This document shows positions 1-12,450 of a DNA stretch of 64,000 nt, one piece after another. A program made the position numbers and the translations under genes. Each line of letters opens with the position of its first letter. Within the stretch, counting starts at the first letter, position 1. The stretch covers positions 180,544,001 to 180,608,000 of the forward strand of contig NC_042997.1 in assembly GCF_006345805.1 (NCBI RefSeq). Direction: 5' to 3'. The notes below the pieces were generated by a model. The model searched no databases. It worked only from the letters and a program-made list of their open reading frames with translations, and was not told the DNA's origin. Source of the stretch: Octopus sinensis. Lineage: Eukaryota.

Positions 1-7
1 TGTATGG

Positions 8-62
<55 letters not shown>

Positions 63-280
63 CATACACACATATAAATATTTATATATTATATACATAC
101 ATAATACATATATGTATTTATATATTTATAATATATATAATATATATACATACAATATATACATTCACATAATATACAAGTACATTATATTTACATTGGG
201 CATATACATATACACATCGATGTACGTACAAATATTCTTATATAACTAATCTACGCGGATATATATTTTTGCACGTAGAA

Positions 281-336
<56 letters not shown>

Positions 337-345
337 ATAAATATA
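1..345. repeat. (TA)n-rich degenerate microsatellite
   Basis: Pure and interrupted TA runs; the ORF at 4..249 is a YI-repeat artefact. Confidence 0.95.
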
Positions 346-382
346 TATACCTTCTACGTGCAAAAATATATACCGCGTAGAT
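249..382. mobile_element. Small foldback/MITE-like element with (TA)n core
   Basis: atctacgcgg(a)tatatatttttgcacgtagaag at 249-281 is the reverse complement of cttctacgtgcaaaaatatataccgcgtagat at 351-382, apart from one inserted base. Confidence 0.6.
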
Positions 383-1409
383 AGTATATGTGTGTATGTT
401 TTTTTGTGTGTGTATTTATATTAGGTTCATATGCTATAGAGAATAGGGTAGGTCGATTTTGGGACTGTAATCTGGACTAGTTTAGACAGAAAAGTATTAT
501 TGTACAGAAAACTTTGCATTAACTCTTTTTTATGAAGATTATTCTATGTTTTGAGGATTCCCAGTTATCTTTATGTTGTAAAATTGTATAATTTTATACA
601 TAAAATGCCTACCATCGGATCTGGTTTAATGGAAATAATCAAGTAAAATTTGTCGTTTTCAAAAAAATACAATACTTGAAAATTGTTTAAATGTTTTATA
701 GATGTTTATTGATGTATCATTTTGTACTCTCTAATGATATTTGCCTATCAAATGCTTATTAAATTAAGTTATGTTCAGATATTCGATAAGCATGGGTAGA
801 AAAATTACGTCTGCAGTATTAACTCGAAATAATAGTACCAATAAATTTGGTTGTCAGCCTTCCCCTTTATATAAATACAGAGCCTCCTACCCTCCACCAA
901 GTTACTCAGTACAGTTATTTTCTTCAAAACAGCCACACGGACTTGAAAGACAAAAAGTAAAAATAAATATATTGCTAAAATAATAGCAAAGGATGTAACT
1001 GGGATGTGGCAGGCAGTGAACTTACGGTTGCTCCTGTGTGAGGAATATTATATAATGAAATTGGTGGATAAAGTGTGCTTCAAGAAAGCAAAAGACATAA
1101 ATCGCAAATCTCTTTCCACGGTCCAGGAGCAGGATATGGCGGAAAAGCTGGATAAAGTTTTTGACATTTCTGCTTGAAATTGTAAGCTAATTTCTTCGCC
1201 CTTGTGATGACAATGTGTGAAGTGCAAGAAAGAAAATTGTCAAGCTCAGCACATAATCTCCACGTGCCCTCCCAGTAAGAAGGCAAAGCTATTTTTTTTC
1301 TTTTTACTTTTAACCAATCTTACTTAGCTCGATTACTTGTCTTTTAAGCAGAAGAAAATACCATGGATGTAATTGGAAGATATAAGCATTTTCCTTTTGT
1401 AATCTCATA

Positions 1410-1572
1410 GGCGTAGGAGTGGCTGTGTGGTAAGTAGCTTGCTTACCAACCACATGGTTCCGGGTTCAGTCCCACTGCGTGGCACCTTGGGCAAGTGTCT
1501 TCTAACATAGCCTCGGGCCGACTAAAGCCTTGTGAGTGGATTTGGTAAACGGAAACTGAAAGAAGCCCGTCG

Positions 1573-1611
<39 letters not shown>

Positions 1612-1861
1612 ATGTGTGTGTGTGTGTGTGGTGTGTGTGTGTGTGTGTGTGCGTGTATGTTTGTGTGTCTGTGTTTGTCACCTAGCATTGCTTGACAACA
1701 GAGCTGGTGTGTTTATGTCCCCGTCACCTAGCGGTTCGGCAAAATAGACCGATAGAATAAGTACTGGGCTTACAAAGAATAAGTCCTGCGGTCGAGTTGC
1801 CCGACTAAAGTCGGTGTTCCAGCATGGCCACAGTCAATTGACTGAAACATGTAAAAGAGTA
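1410..1861 (+). mobile_element. tRNA-derived SINE, family A (octopus-type), full length
   Basis: Pol III box A tggctgtgtgg and box B gggttcagtccc, ccttgggcaagtgtctt core, internal (TA)/(GT) tract, 3' end ccagcatggccacagtcaattgactgaaac. Several further copies occur in the window. Confidence 0.9.
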
Positions 1862-2539
1862 CTTTTCCCCTCGTATAAAAAAATTCATCATTAATTTTTT
1901 CATGACTTTATCTCTTGTCTTAAATCCACTGTTCAATATTTCACGTTCCAGTACAGGGAATGCTTAAGAGATCAGAGGGCCAAAATAGGACCCAAGGGTT
2001 CTGTTCAGCTTGGGTCTGTGTATAAAGCTGCTCTGAAGAGAAACCAGAGAGTTGAAGCTAAGGCAGAAAGATTACACAGACAGATTCAACAGCAGCAGGG
2101 AGTGGATTTGGCCACATTTGCCTCCACTTCATCACAAGATATTTCATTGGGATCCAGCTCGGGAGAATCAGAAGAGGTAATATGTTTTTCTTACATCTGA
2201 AACCATTTTTATCAAGTTTATTTTTACATTTTGTCAGTGCTGGGGGAGTAGTAGATTGAAACCCCTTAGGCGGGCTACGACGGACGGAAGCTTAATGTGT
2301 TGTGAGTGTGAAGACAGGTGAGGAAAGATTGTGTTGAGTACAAAGCACCTTGTGCATGGGCAAGTCTCTGTGCCCCGCACGTTGGGCATACAAGCGTTCT
2401 CTACCTGCACCGAAATTTCTATTTTGTGTCCGCTCTCGTTGGGATCAAGGCGTCGAAATCCGGCGCCTTATCCACTCTGCTACGAGAGCTCCAATTTTAT
2501 AGTGAAATAAATACTAAATTTATTATTATTATTCTTTCA

Positions 2540-2862
2540 GAAGTGGGAAGCCAGCTACATACTGGTCAGCATTAGCTAACCTTTCTCATAGTGTAATCTG
2601 TGAACCTACTCAGAGAAAACTTTTCTGACCAGGAACTTCAAAACGCATTAATGAATGCAACAAACTGGAGCTGCCTGATTTGCATTCACATTCTCAGAGT
2701 GTTGAAAGGGTAGTGAAGCTGACATCTGAAGCTTCTCATACTATTGATAGACTCGAATCAAAGCACAAACACATTCTGCCCAAAGTCCTAAGCCGCCATA
2801 TGAGACCTTCCTTTCTTTCTGATGGCTCTTGCAGCGAAAACTATGATTATTTTGCTATCTAA
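2540..2862 (+). pseudogene. C-terminal DDE transposase remnant (hATm-like)
   Basis: ORF 2680..2862 MHSHSQSVERVVKLTSEASH matches the P-x-H-x-Q-x-V-E-R-x-V-K-L-x-x-E-A-S catalytic-Glu motif. Confidence 0.6.
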
Positions 2863-4686
2863 ATTTGTCTTATTTGAGTCTATAGTGTTTGTACATCATT
2901 TTACTCGTTTTCAATAAAGATGCAACATTTTTTGAATTTTTCAAATGACAATAACGTTTTTTTTTTTCGATCGAAAAATTATGAAAATGCAGTGTTTTTT
3001 TTTATTACAGTCTTTTGAAGTTAATTGAAACAGTTTCCTCAAAAATTGGTTAAAGGTAGGGAGATGGATATATTTTATCAGTTATTATCATATTAAGCCC
3101 TCTTATCTCGATTAGTCCAAAGTCATTATCTACAAAAGTGTAGAAAATCAACATGCCCTAATTGTGAACCTCCATCATTGACTGATAATGATAGATGTTG
3201 CTTCTCCGCGTACATTATGTCCAACGTATTTATGGGGATGTTTTGAGAATTGTCATTGAGGTAAGTGACTTAATCCAATCCGCAACTTTGATTGATACTC
3301 GCCACCAGAGAAGTCGAACACTCAGTCATTTAAACCCATATTGTGAAGGGATGTAACTAATATTATAAGATTTATCAAACTAGATAATCTCTTTCTTGAC
3401 GGTTGTGTTGCTAGAAATACCAACCAATTATTATTCAAATGGCACTCCAAAGAATACTAAAAAAGCAAATGTAGCCATTTCGTGTCGGACTTTTATAGCA
3501 AAGTCATGTCTAAAGACAACAACAGTATCCAAATATACAGTATCCAATTATAAAATCTATATAGATAAGCTTATTTTACAAATTATTTTCCACCATTTTA
3601 TTTTTCCACTATTCCTCAGCATCATTTGAAATCTAATGGTTTTCTTATGCGACTAGGGATTAGACAATAACAACAATAATAACTATAATGTATGGTGAAG
3701 TTTATATGGCGTTTTAGCGATTCTGCCACTTGGTCACACTTTCTAATGGGATAATAATGTACGCTTATTGATTGATTCTATCCTTTCAGGAGAGACACGT
3801 GATGTATACGTATTTGGGTGTATGTGTGTGTATTGTTCTCGACGTTTCTGTGTGTGTGTATTTTCCTTGACGTTTGTGTTTATGTATGTGTGTGTATGTG
3901 TGAGTGTGTATGTGTGTGTGTAAGTTTTATTGTCATGCTCTTCACGTGTTTTTGTTTTGCTTTGTTTTGCAATATTTAACGCAACCTCGTATAATTTCCA
4001 GTGAAAATTGGTAAAAATTAGCGAGGCGGAAATTTTCCATCATCTCAAGGTGTAATAAGAATTCGAATCTTTTTTTTTATCACACTGCAGAGTTTTGTCT
4101 TCTGTCTTTTTCTTTTTTATTGTTATTTTAACCGTTTAAAAATATACAAATTCACATTCAAGTGAAAAGAAAAAAATAACTTGATCAGCAGAAATTATTC
4201 AAGCTACTAGTTACTTCTGATGTGATTTAAATAGAAGAAAAACAAATGAGAAAGCAATAAGACCAATGACTGCTTTTGTCCCACAGTTTATGACCATTGA
4301 GACATTACAGACTGGGATTGGTAACTTAATTAAAAAACAACAGTGATAGCCATGGATATGATTCGATATCAGAAGAAACCTTCAGCAAAAAGTTAATGTC
4401 GTCAGGCTCATTATAACTATCAACAATATCGATATACAAAGATAAATTAGAGGAGGTTTACAGGAATGTATTATATATGCCATAAATAACTTTTTACATC
4501 GTGGTTCAGAAATTCTCGCTCATTACTTTTCTTTTGAATATATAAGTATTCAGAGAGAGTGATAGCGATGCAGATAAACACGAATAGGCTTCATACATAC
4601 ATACATAGATATATAATTATTGGCATGAACAATATATAGGGGTGTACCAAACCAGGGAAAATTCAGAAAATAGACACTATTAACAG

Positions 4687-4726
<40 letters not shown>

Positions 4727-4764
4727 GCATGTTGGTTTCAAAATTTGGCACAAAGACAGCCATT

Positions 4765-4950
4765 TTGGTGCCAGGAGTAAGTCAATTACATCGATCCCAG
4801 TGATCAACTGGTACTTATTTTATCGACTAGAACTTATTTTATCTGAAAGGATTAAAGGCAAAGTCGATCCCGGCAGCATATCAACTCAGAATTTAAAGAT
4901 AGATATAATGCCGCTAAGCATTTTGCCAGGCGTGGTAACATTTGTACAAA
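4765..4950 (-). mobile_element. tRNA-derived SINE, family C, degenerate
   Basis: aactggtacttattttatcgac...gaaaggattaaaggcaaagtcgat...gccgctaagcatttt aligns to the copies at 35075, 48018 and 52635. Confidence 0.8.
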
Positions 4951-5379
4951 CTCACAGCCTTCGATATTTCTGAAGTTCATCGTATTTTAACTTACTATTA
5001 TTTCATTTTATAAGCCATGAATTATTTGACTTCAGCGAAAACATGGCCCTCATTACATGTTTACCGTCAGGGATATTATATTGCATTCAAACACACACAT
5101 ATAATGTAAACGTATATGCATAGACATATTTCTATATGTACATACGTGTGTAGAATAACGTGTGTGTGTGTGTGTGTGTGTGTCTGTATGTGTGTGTGTG
5201 CTATGCAGAATGTGAGGCAAATATTGTGAAAGAGTCTGGTGTATCCATGTACACATACACAAATTAATGAAAATCGAAAACGGAAATGTGAATTGAAAGA
5301 TAAACGGAGCAAACATAAAAATATAAATAATCAGGAAGGAAAAGAAGATATAAAAAATAGAGTTAGAGATATAAAACAA

Positions 5380-5780
5380 AATGTGATAGCACAACCAATA
5401 AATTATACCCCCCTTAAATCTAACGGCAAAATTAAAGAAACAGTATGCAGGTGTAAGGTAATCTCAGAAGGTCAGGTATATTATTATATCAGCGCTTGCG
5501 AAATATATATAAAAAGAAGGATTGCCAGTCACGAAAATTCATTTAGAGACAGCAAAAAGAGAATAATACTCGCTTAAGCAAATTAATTTGGTCAATAAAA
5601 GATAGTAATAAATAATATGAAATTACCTGGGAAATAATTAGTAGAGCAAAACCATACAGTAGACGAAGCAAACGGTGGAAATTGTGTGTTAATGAAATTT
5701 ACCAAATTCTTACATCAAAATACAAATTAATAAACCATAAACGCGAAAGCGCGGTATAATGTGTTCATTATTCTTAACAT
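5380..5780 (+). pseudogene. Penelope-like GIY-YIG endonuclease remnant (Naiad/Chlamys-like)
   Basis: VYYYISACEIYIKRRIASHENSFRDSKKR, then after a frameshift LSKLIWSIKD..ITWEIISRAKPYSRRSKRWKLCVNEIYQI..INHKRE. Confidence 0.7.
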
Positions 5781-5980
5781 ACATTTAATCGATTTAATCA
5801 ACTAAAATTGGAAAAGAAATCAAATAAACAATAGCATGTAGTGTAAATCATTTTATATAAGCTTCTAAATGTATAAACTTAATATAAAAGCACAATAAGG
5901 ATATAAAATTGACGATATCCATAAATTTAATTTAATTATAAAATTAGCAAATGAAATAATAGAGCAATAGCTCAATATTA

Positions 5981-6068
5981 ACAACAACAACAACAATAAT
6001 AAAAATGATAATAATAGTAATAAGAATAATGATAATGAAAATAATAATAATAATAATATTAATAATAA
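5981..6068. repeat. Degenerate (AAC)/(AAT)n triplet tract at the 5' junction of the Dong element
   Basis: aacaacaacaacaacaataat...aataataataataataat directly read. Confidence 0.85.
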
Positions 6069-6070
6069 AG

Positions 6071-6185
6071 AGAATACACCGGGGGACGGGAGAATACACC
6101 GGGGGGCGGAAGAATACACCGGGGGACGGAAAATACACCGGGGAACAGAGAATACACCGGGGGACGGAGAATACACCGGGGGACG
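6071..6185 (+). repeat. Six tandem 18-20 bp units AGAATACACCGGGGGACGG at the element 5' end
   Basis: Units start at 6071, 6091, 6111, 6131, 6149 and 6168. Confidence 0.95.
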
Positions 6186-6393
6186 TTTAAGATGTAAGAA
6201 CGCTAAAACAGAGCTCCGGAATTTATCCACAAACATCTAAAACAAGGACTTCGTATGGAGCCAAAGGTTTACAAACAAAGGATTGGACTGTATCCGAGTA
6301 AGTAATACTCATTGAAATTTATTACTATTTTCGAAACGAAATGATGTATTTTGACTCGATATCATCTGCACCTCTAACACAACACATGTAAAC

Positions 6394-9300
6394 ATGCGTG
6401 AAACATTACGATCCATCAACACCAGATCATCCCCGACCCCAAACACCATGTACAAAGGAACTACGAAGAAATTAAATACCACCGATATTATTCAACCCAA
6501 GAATAACAATCGGGAGGTACGTACTTTAAACTTACAACACAAAATGTACGAAAAACTACACGTGCAAAACAATGTGACAACAGATATGAACGGACCGGTA
6601 CCCTACGAAAATGACGACCGTCAAAATAATGGGCCGGACGTTGTTCCTCATGTCCCGCAAATAAAACCCAAAAGACATAAATGGACACGTGAGGAATACA
6701 TTTCTATCCTACACGCATACTTCACAGCAGTGCACTACCCAAAAAATGAAAAGACAACAACACATACATATAATATATGGAAGGAAAATAACATAAATAT
6801 AGACTTGGATACAGCAATGAACACTAATAAACTAGCTAACGTACGAAGATACATTCTCAACGCAAAAAAATATCAGAAATAGAAATAGAACATCTAAAAG
6901 AAAAAATACACCAGGAACATGCAGATAGAAGCCACCCAACAATGCCCAATAATATAAACACTGAAACAGTAAAACACGATGTAAACAAAAAACAACAAAC
7001 CCAGACCGTAAGGATGCATAATAATACACGACAAACAGCAAGCCAAAACACGGCAAACAAACATATAAATAAGAAAGAAAGCGACACAAATCTAAAACCT
7101 GGAAACACGAAGGGGCGCCTAATGATTATGATAATATAAAAATTAAAATAATCAAAGAACTGAAAACCACAGAGCTCGCAATGGACCACCGACCATACCT
7201 CCCAAAAATCAAAATAGACGAAACAACAACACCAATTATAAACAGCATAAACCTAGCCGTCACGGAACTAATAGCCACTGAAACAAAAAGCGATATCACT
7301 GAGCTAAATGACTTAGTATACGCAGCAGCCACTGCAGCCACAAAAGAAGCTGGATACTCACTCAAAACCATCCAGACTGGAGTACCACCACCCAAACAAA
7401 CCCTGTGGATAAATAACATCCAAAACAAAATACAAAAAATGAGAAAAGATCTGTCGATTCTTAATGGAATCAGTAGACAATCAACGCTACTGAGCAACAA
7501 AAAGAAAACAAAAATATTCCGCAAATATAACATCACAGAAAAAGATTTACCTGAGTTAAAAGAAAAGCTGAATCAAGATATCCTTGCCAAAGCACAAAGG
7601 ATCCGCCGGTACGAGAAACGTCAGCGCTTCTTTGAACAAAACAAAAAGTTCAACTCCAACCTCAAAAAGTTCTACCAAGAACTTGGCAAAAATAAAATAG
7701 AAATCACTGCAGCACCAACGGCAGAAGTGGAAGAAATCTGGAGAGAAATATGGTCGGCGAAAGAACAACCAAAAAAAAGGAGTATTAAAACAACAAACTC
7801 AGCATCTGAGCAACTTTGGACCCCCATAACAACTGAAGAGGTCACCCAGGCACTGCAAAGACTAAGCAAAAGGAAGGCACCTGGGCATGACAAGATCCCC
7901 AACTTCTGGTTGAAATATCTAACAGGAATGCACAAAAAGCTGGCTGAAAACTTTAACAACATACTAGTAGAGCCAGAGACAATGCCTGAATGGCTCACGA
8001 AGGGGAAAACCATCTTAATTCCCAAATCAAATGAGACAACAGAACCAGAAAACTACAGACCGATAACCTGTCTCCCTACAAAGTACAATGCATTTACTGC
8101 AGTGATATCGCAAAGGTTGAACAAGCACCTGGACGAAAACAACCTGTTTCCAGAAGAGGAGAAAGGGTGCCGCAAAGGCTCATATGGCTGTAGAATCAAC
8201 TAATGATTAATAAAGCCATAACTGAAGACAGCCACAGAAAGAAGAAAGGCTTCAGTATGGCCTGGATCGACTACAAAAAGGCGTTTGATAGCATCCCCCA
8301 CACATGGATCCTCGAAACACTAGCCATTAACAAAGTAGCACCAACAATTATAAAATTCATGGGGCACTCTATGAATAAATTGCAAACAGTGCTACAGCTC
8401 CAAACAAAAGAGGGACTCATGAAAACCAAAGCCATCCCCATTAGAAGAGGAATATTCCAGGAGACACGCTCTCTCCACTCCTGTTCTGCTTGGCACTGTC
8501 ACCTCTATCTGATATGCTAAATAGAACTGGATGCGGATATAAATGTTACGGCAAAACGATCAGCCACCTTTTATATATGGATGACCTAAAACTATACGCT
8601 GCAAATGACAAACAGCTGGAAACAATATTAAAGACAGTTCATGGATTTACCAAAGAAATAGATATGAAATTTGGATTAGAAAAATGCGCCAAAGTAACCA
8701 TGAAAAGAGGAAAACTAGTTAAGAGTAGCAACATCACACTAGATAAAACCAATGAAATAAAAGAATTAGACCAAAGCCAAACTTACAAATACTTAGGAAT
8801 CCATGAACTAGATTAGACACAACACACACAAATGAAAGAGAAAATAAAAAAAGAATATTATAGACGAGTTAGATCAATACTAAAAACAGAGTTCAATGCT
8901 AAAAACAAGATAATAGGTATCAACACTTTAGCTGTCCCAGTTATAAGTTACAGCTACAATATCCTTAACTGGACACTAAATGAACTGTCCAAAATAGATA
9001 GGAAAACAAGAAAGATAATGACAGGATCTAGGATGCATCACCCAAAATCTGACATAGAAAGACTATATATACAACGTATAGAAGGTGGTAGAGGCCTTAT
9101 ACAGCTGGAAAACTACTATAAAATAACCACCATAGGACTGCAAATATATCTACTTCAGAAGGAAGGAAAACTGATACAAATAGCGGCAAAACAAAATCTG
9201 TTCTCAGTATTTAAGGAAGCTGACAAATACAAACAAGGAATCATACCACCTAATAAATATGAAGAACAAGAAGAAGAAAAAGGTGAAGAAACAACAAAAG

Positions 9301-10127
9301 CTATAAAACAAATGAAATCCAAACTAAAAATAGAACAGCAACGAACCATGATAAAACGATGGCAAGAAAAGCCCCTTCATGGTAAATACTGGACTAAACT
9401 AAACGCAAAAGAAATAGACAAAGAAAAATCCCAGCAATGGTTGAGAAGGTCAGGACTCAAAGCAGAGACGGAGGGATTTTTAATTGCAGCACAAGATCAA
9501 AGCCTTCCCACCAGAAATTACCAAAAGCATGTAATGAAAAGAAATATAACAAGTAACTGCAGAATATGTGGAGATGGACAAGAAACAATAAATCATATTA
9601 TCTCTGGCTGCCCAGTCCTGGCTAAGAAAGAATATATTCACAGACATGACAGAGTTGGAACCTACATACACTGGAAGCTATGCCAACATTATGGAATAAC
9701 AACAGAAAAAAGATGGTATAGGCACGCACCAGAAAAGGTCACAGAAAACGAGAAAGCAACCATACTCTGGGATATGCCGATACACACAGATAGAGAAATT
9801 AAGGCCAACAGACCAGATATAGTTGTCAGAGATCATGAAGAAAAAAAATGCTTTCTAATTGATGTATCAATACCGGCAGATGACAACGTGTCTCTAAAAG
9901 AAATGGAGAAACTTTCAAAATACAAAGACCTGGAAATAGCGGTAACCAGAATGTGGAATCTAAAAACAGAAACAATTCCTATCATAGTAGGTGCATTATG
10001 CATGATAAAAGAATATTCAGACAAATAAATAACAAAAACACCAGCATTTACAAACACATATAACATACAGAAAATTGCACTACTAGGCACTGCACACATC
10101 CTACGCAGAACACTTTCCATACAATAA
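6394..10127 (+). pseudogene. Frameshifted single ORF of the R4/Dong element
   Basis: Split into ORFs 6394-6882, 7181-8203, 8203-8520, 8490-8816 and 8832-10028; reads through one stop to IALLGTAHILRRTLSIQ* ending at 10127. Confidence 0.9.
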
Positions 10128-10208
10128 CCATCAAAGCATCACAACAAATCACAGCACACAGAGCTGCGCACGGTAGTGAAATGAAAGCACGCTATGAAAA
10201 TAAAACTA

Positions 10209-10211
<3 letters not shown>

Positions 10212-10268
<57 letters not shown>
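10212..10268. repeat. (AAT)19
   Basis: Perfect triplet run. Confidence 0.97.
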
Positions 10269-10269
<1 letters not shown>

Positions 10270-10812
10270 GCATCAAGGCAGTGGCCCTCATGGCTACTGT
10301 TCATAACTGATTGGAAGTGTTATCAAGTACATTGTTTTGTCTTGGTATAAAACATGGGCTAAAGCAAATATTCTGCTCAATATTACAGATTTGCATGTCA
10401 GTTGTTTGACCATAACCAGTTGACCATGTCCCTTATTGGCTGACGATATGTGCATCTCTGATCACAAGCAGAAGTAGTGGGGGAGCATCATAGCCGTGTG
10501 TTGAAAAGAATTCTTAGAGGTTTGGATAGTTCACCTTTTGAAACATGGGTAATTCGTTCAACATCCTTAAACAATCCTTATTCAGGGATCTTTTGAGCGG
10601 GATGAGCTACTCGACCAGAAGAAGATTCTAACTGGGCCCCACCTTCAAGGTTATGCGCTGTTTATCCTGATATGGGATCACCATGTCGCGCATATATGAT
10701 TTTGATGCATGTGCTTGGTGTACCTTATCAGACGGGTAGTCATGATTGGTATACTGGGCTTCGTATATTTTACCCCAGTGTCACTTTTACGGCATGTACT
10801 GCTCTCTCACTC
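10270..10812 (+). mobile_element. Non-coding interspersed repeat bounded by (AAT)n on both sides
   Basis: About 540 bp, GC-richer than host, no ORF with recognisable homology, ends tgctctctcactc then (AAT)n. Repeat status rests on recall of similar octopus sequence; there is no second copy in the window. Confidence 0.5.
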
Positions 10813-10920
<108 letters not shown>

Positions 10921-11603
10921 GTATCTCAACAGGCTTGATAGAGCGGCACAATATATTCACTGGGTAATTTCAAAAGCCTGGATTTGCCCCATGATAAAAA
11001 CTGGTGGGAACACAAACCACATCCAGTGCTTGAAAATGATCACATCTCACTCTTCTGGAACTTCAACATTCAAACTGACAGAAAGATAGACGCGAATAGG
11101 CCAGACATCATATTGAAAGACTTCAGACAAAAAACATGCCTCCTCATTGATATGACTGCCCCAATCGATATAAATGTATTGTCAAGACCTACCAAAAGCT
11201 GAGCAAATATAAAGATCTTGAAATAGAAATCAGCAACATGTGGAACCTGAAGACTAAAACAATACCTGTTGTCATAAGTGCCCTGGGAATGATAGCAAAA
11301 AGGGCTGATTGCTACCTAACTGAAATACCAGGAAACCCCAAAATGGCAGAAATTCAAAGGATAGTGCTCATGAGAACTGCTCATATCCTACGCAAAATAC
11401 TTTCTATGTAATCTCAAGTTTTAAAACAAACATAAATTTCTTATGGTTTTTTAGACGTTCACTAGTACAACACTAAGTACCAAACCAAATAAATGGTACC
11501 CTAGGCATAACACCAACATGAACTTCCAACTTGTTGTCTCTTGAGGTCTCTGGGTGAGACTTGGAGCCAACTTGTACAAATGTAAAGCAAAAGTGAAACA
11601 TAG
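10921..11603 (+). mobile_element. 5'-truncated R4/Dong element of a second subfamily
   Basis: YLNRLDRAAQYIHW, LFWNFNIQTDRKIDANRPDIILKD..CLLIDMTAP, SKYKDLEIEI..MWNLKTKTIPVVI and TAHILRKILS; different 3'UTR; (AAT)n tail from 11604. Confidence 0.88.
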
Positions 11604-11648
11604 AATAATAATAATAATAATAATAATAAGAGTAACAGTGGTAGTAGT

Positions 11649-12450
11649 TAAGTTAAGTTAAGTTTTTGGCTCAAAAAGCAAAAAGCAAGGCCATGTAGGG
11701 GGACATGGAGTTATGTACAGGGAGGGTGTTCATGCAATGAGTTCAGGCCATTTCTGGTCAAGAGAGACGTTGAACCGAGCGGTCGCCGTACTTGAGTCCC
11801 GTTCTCCAATATGGGTCTCACCAGCGTGACATAAAGCGGTAGGAATATGACTGCTGTGAGCATTCCGAATGACCGTCGAATCAAAAATAGAACTCCGCGT
11901 GCTTTGTTGGCAGCATCGACGTACTGGGCCGCAGGCGAAAAGGAAGAATCCACCAAGATACCCAGGTCCTTTACCTGGTCGGTCCTCTCCAGCAGCAGAC
12001 GACCCGGCTCGAAATCAAGTTGAGTTGCAGGTGAGGAGCCAACAGGCAGATGACAGCACTTTGACACGTTCAGACACAGGTCCCATTCGTTAGACCATCT
12101 CCATACTTGGTGGAGGCATCGACGAAGATCATCTGTATCACCGCGAGGAGCGACCAGTTTGACATCATCGGCAAATAGAAGGGTGTGTTGCGTGAGGTCG
12201 TCGGGCAAGTCATTTATGAAGACGAAAAACAATAAGGGCCCAAGCACTGAACCTTGAGACACGCCACTGCTCGCACTGGAAACGTCGGACAGCGAACCAT
12301 TAACTTGGACTTGGAAGGAGCGATCTGAGGGGAAGGCACCAACCCATCGTACAATATCCGGATGGAAACTATATGCTTGAAGCTTGACAAGTAATAGGCG
12401 GTGGTTAACCGAGTCAAAAGCTTTGGCAAAGTCTAATAAAACGATGTCAA
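11649..12450 (-). mobile_element. 5'-truncated, internally deleted CR1-clade LINE (RT fragment), GC-rich
   Basis: ORF 11711..12499: LDFAKAFDSVNH, GVSQGSVLGPLLF, LFADDVKL, KDLGILVD, LYVTLVRPILE. Short (TTAAC)n tail. gtagtagt duplicated at 11641-11648 and 12451-12458 (candidate TSD). Confidence 0.9.

Larger units (their letters stand above)
444..3160 (+). mobile_element. Degenerate DDE DNA transposon (hATm-like), about 2.7 kb, with nested SINE
   Basis: Imperfect TIRs: tagggtaggtcgatttt (444) vs revcomp tagggcatgttgatttt (ends 3160). Broken transposase motifs KLDKVFDISA*NCK, LRDQRAKIGPKG and LELPDLHSHSQSVERVVKLTSEAS. No TSD recognisable. Confidence 0.6.
6071..10211 (+). mobile_element. Full-length R4/Dong-clade non-LTR retrotransposon (RT plus restriction-like endonuclease)
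   Basis: N-terminal KRHKWTREE. RT motifs KAPGHDKIPNFWLK, NYRPITCLPT, WIDYKKAFDSIPH, HLLYMDDLKLY and YKYLG. CCHC knuckle CRICGDGQETINHIISGC. REL motif ANRPDIVVRD..LIDVSIP..EKLSKYKDL. (AAT)n tail. Confidence 0.92.

Noticed and set aside
4-249. YI/CV/TH-rich ORFs here and at 12770, 15882, 34209, 35547, 38081, 46283, 54112 and 58922
   Set aside because: Translations of TA/CA/TACA microsatellites, not proteins.
6071-6185. CRISPR-like repeat array
   Set aside because: No unique spacers and no cas genes; eukaryotic context; a plain tandem repeat.
6185-6393. HDV-like ribozyme in the Dong 5'UTR
   Set aside because: Could not build the nested double-pseudoknot pairing by eye.
5865-7768. Antisense ORFs over the Dong element
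   Set aside because: Shadow frames of A-rich coding and repeat sequence.
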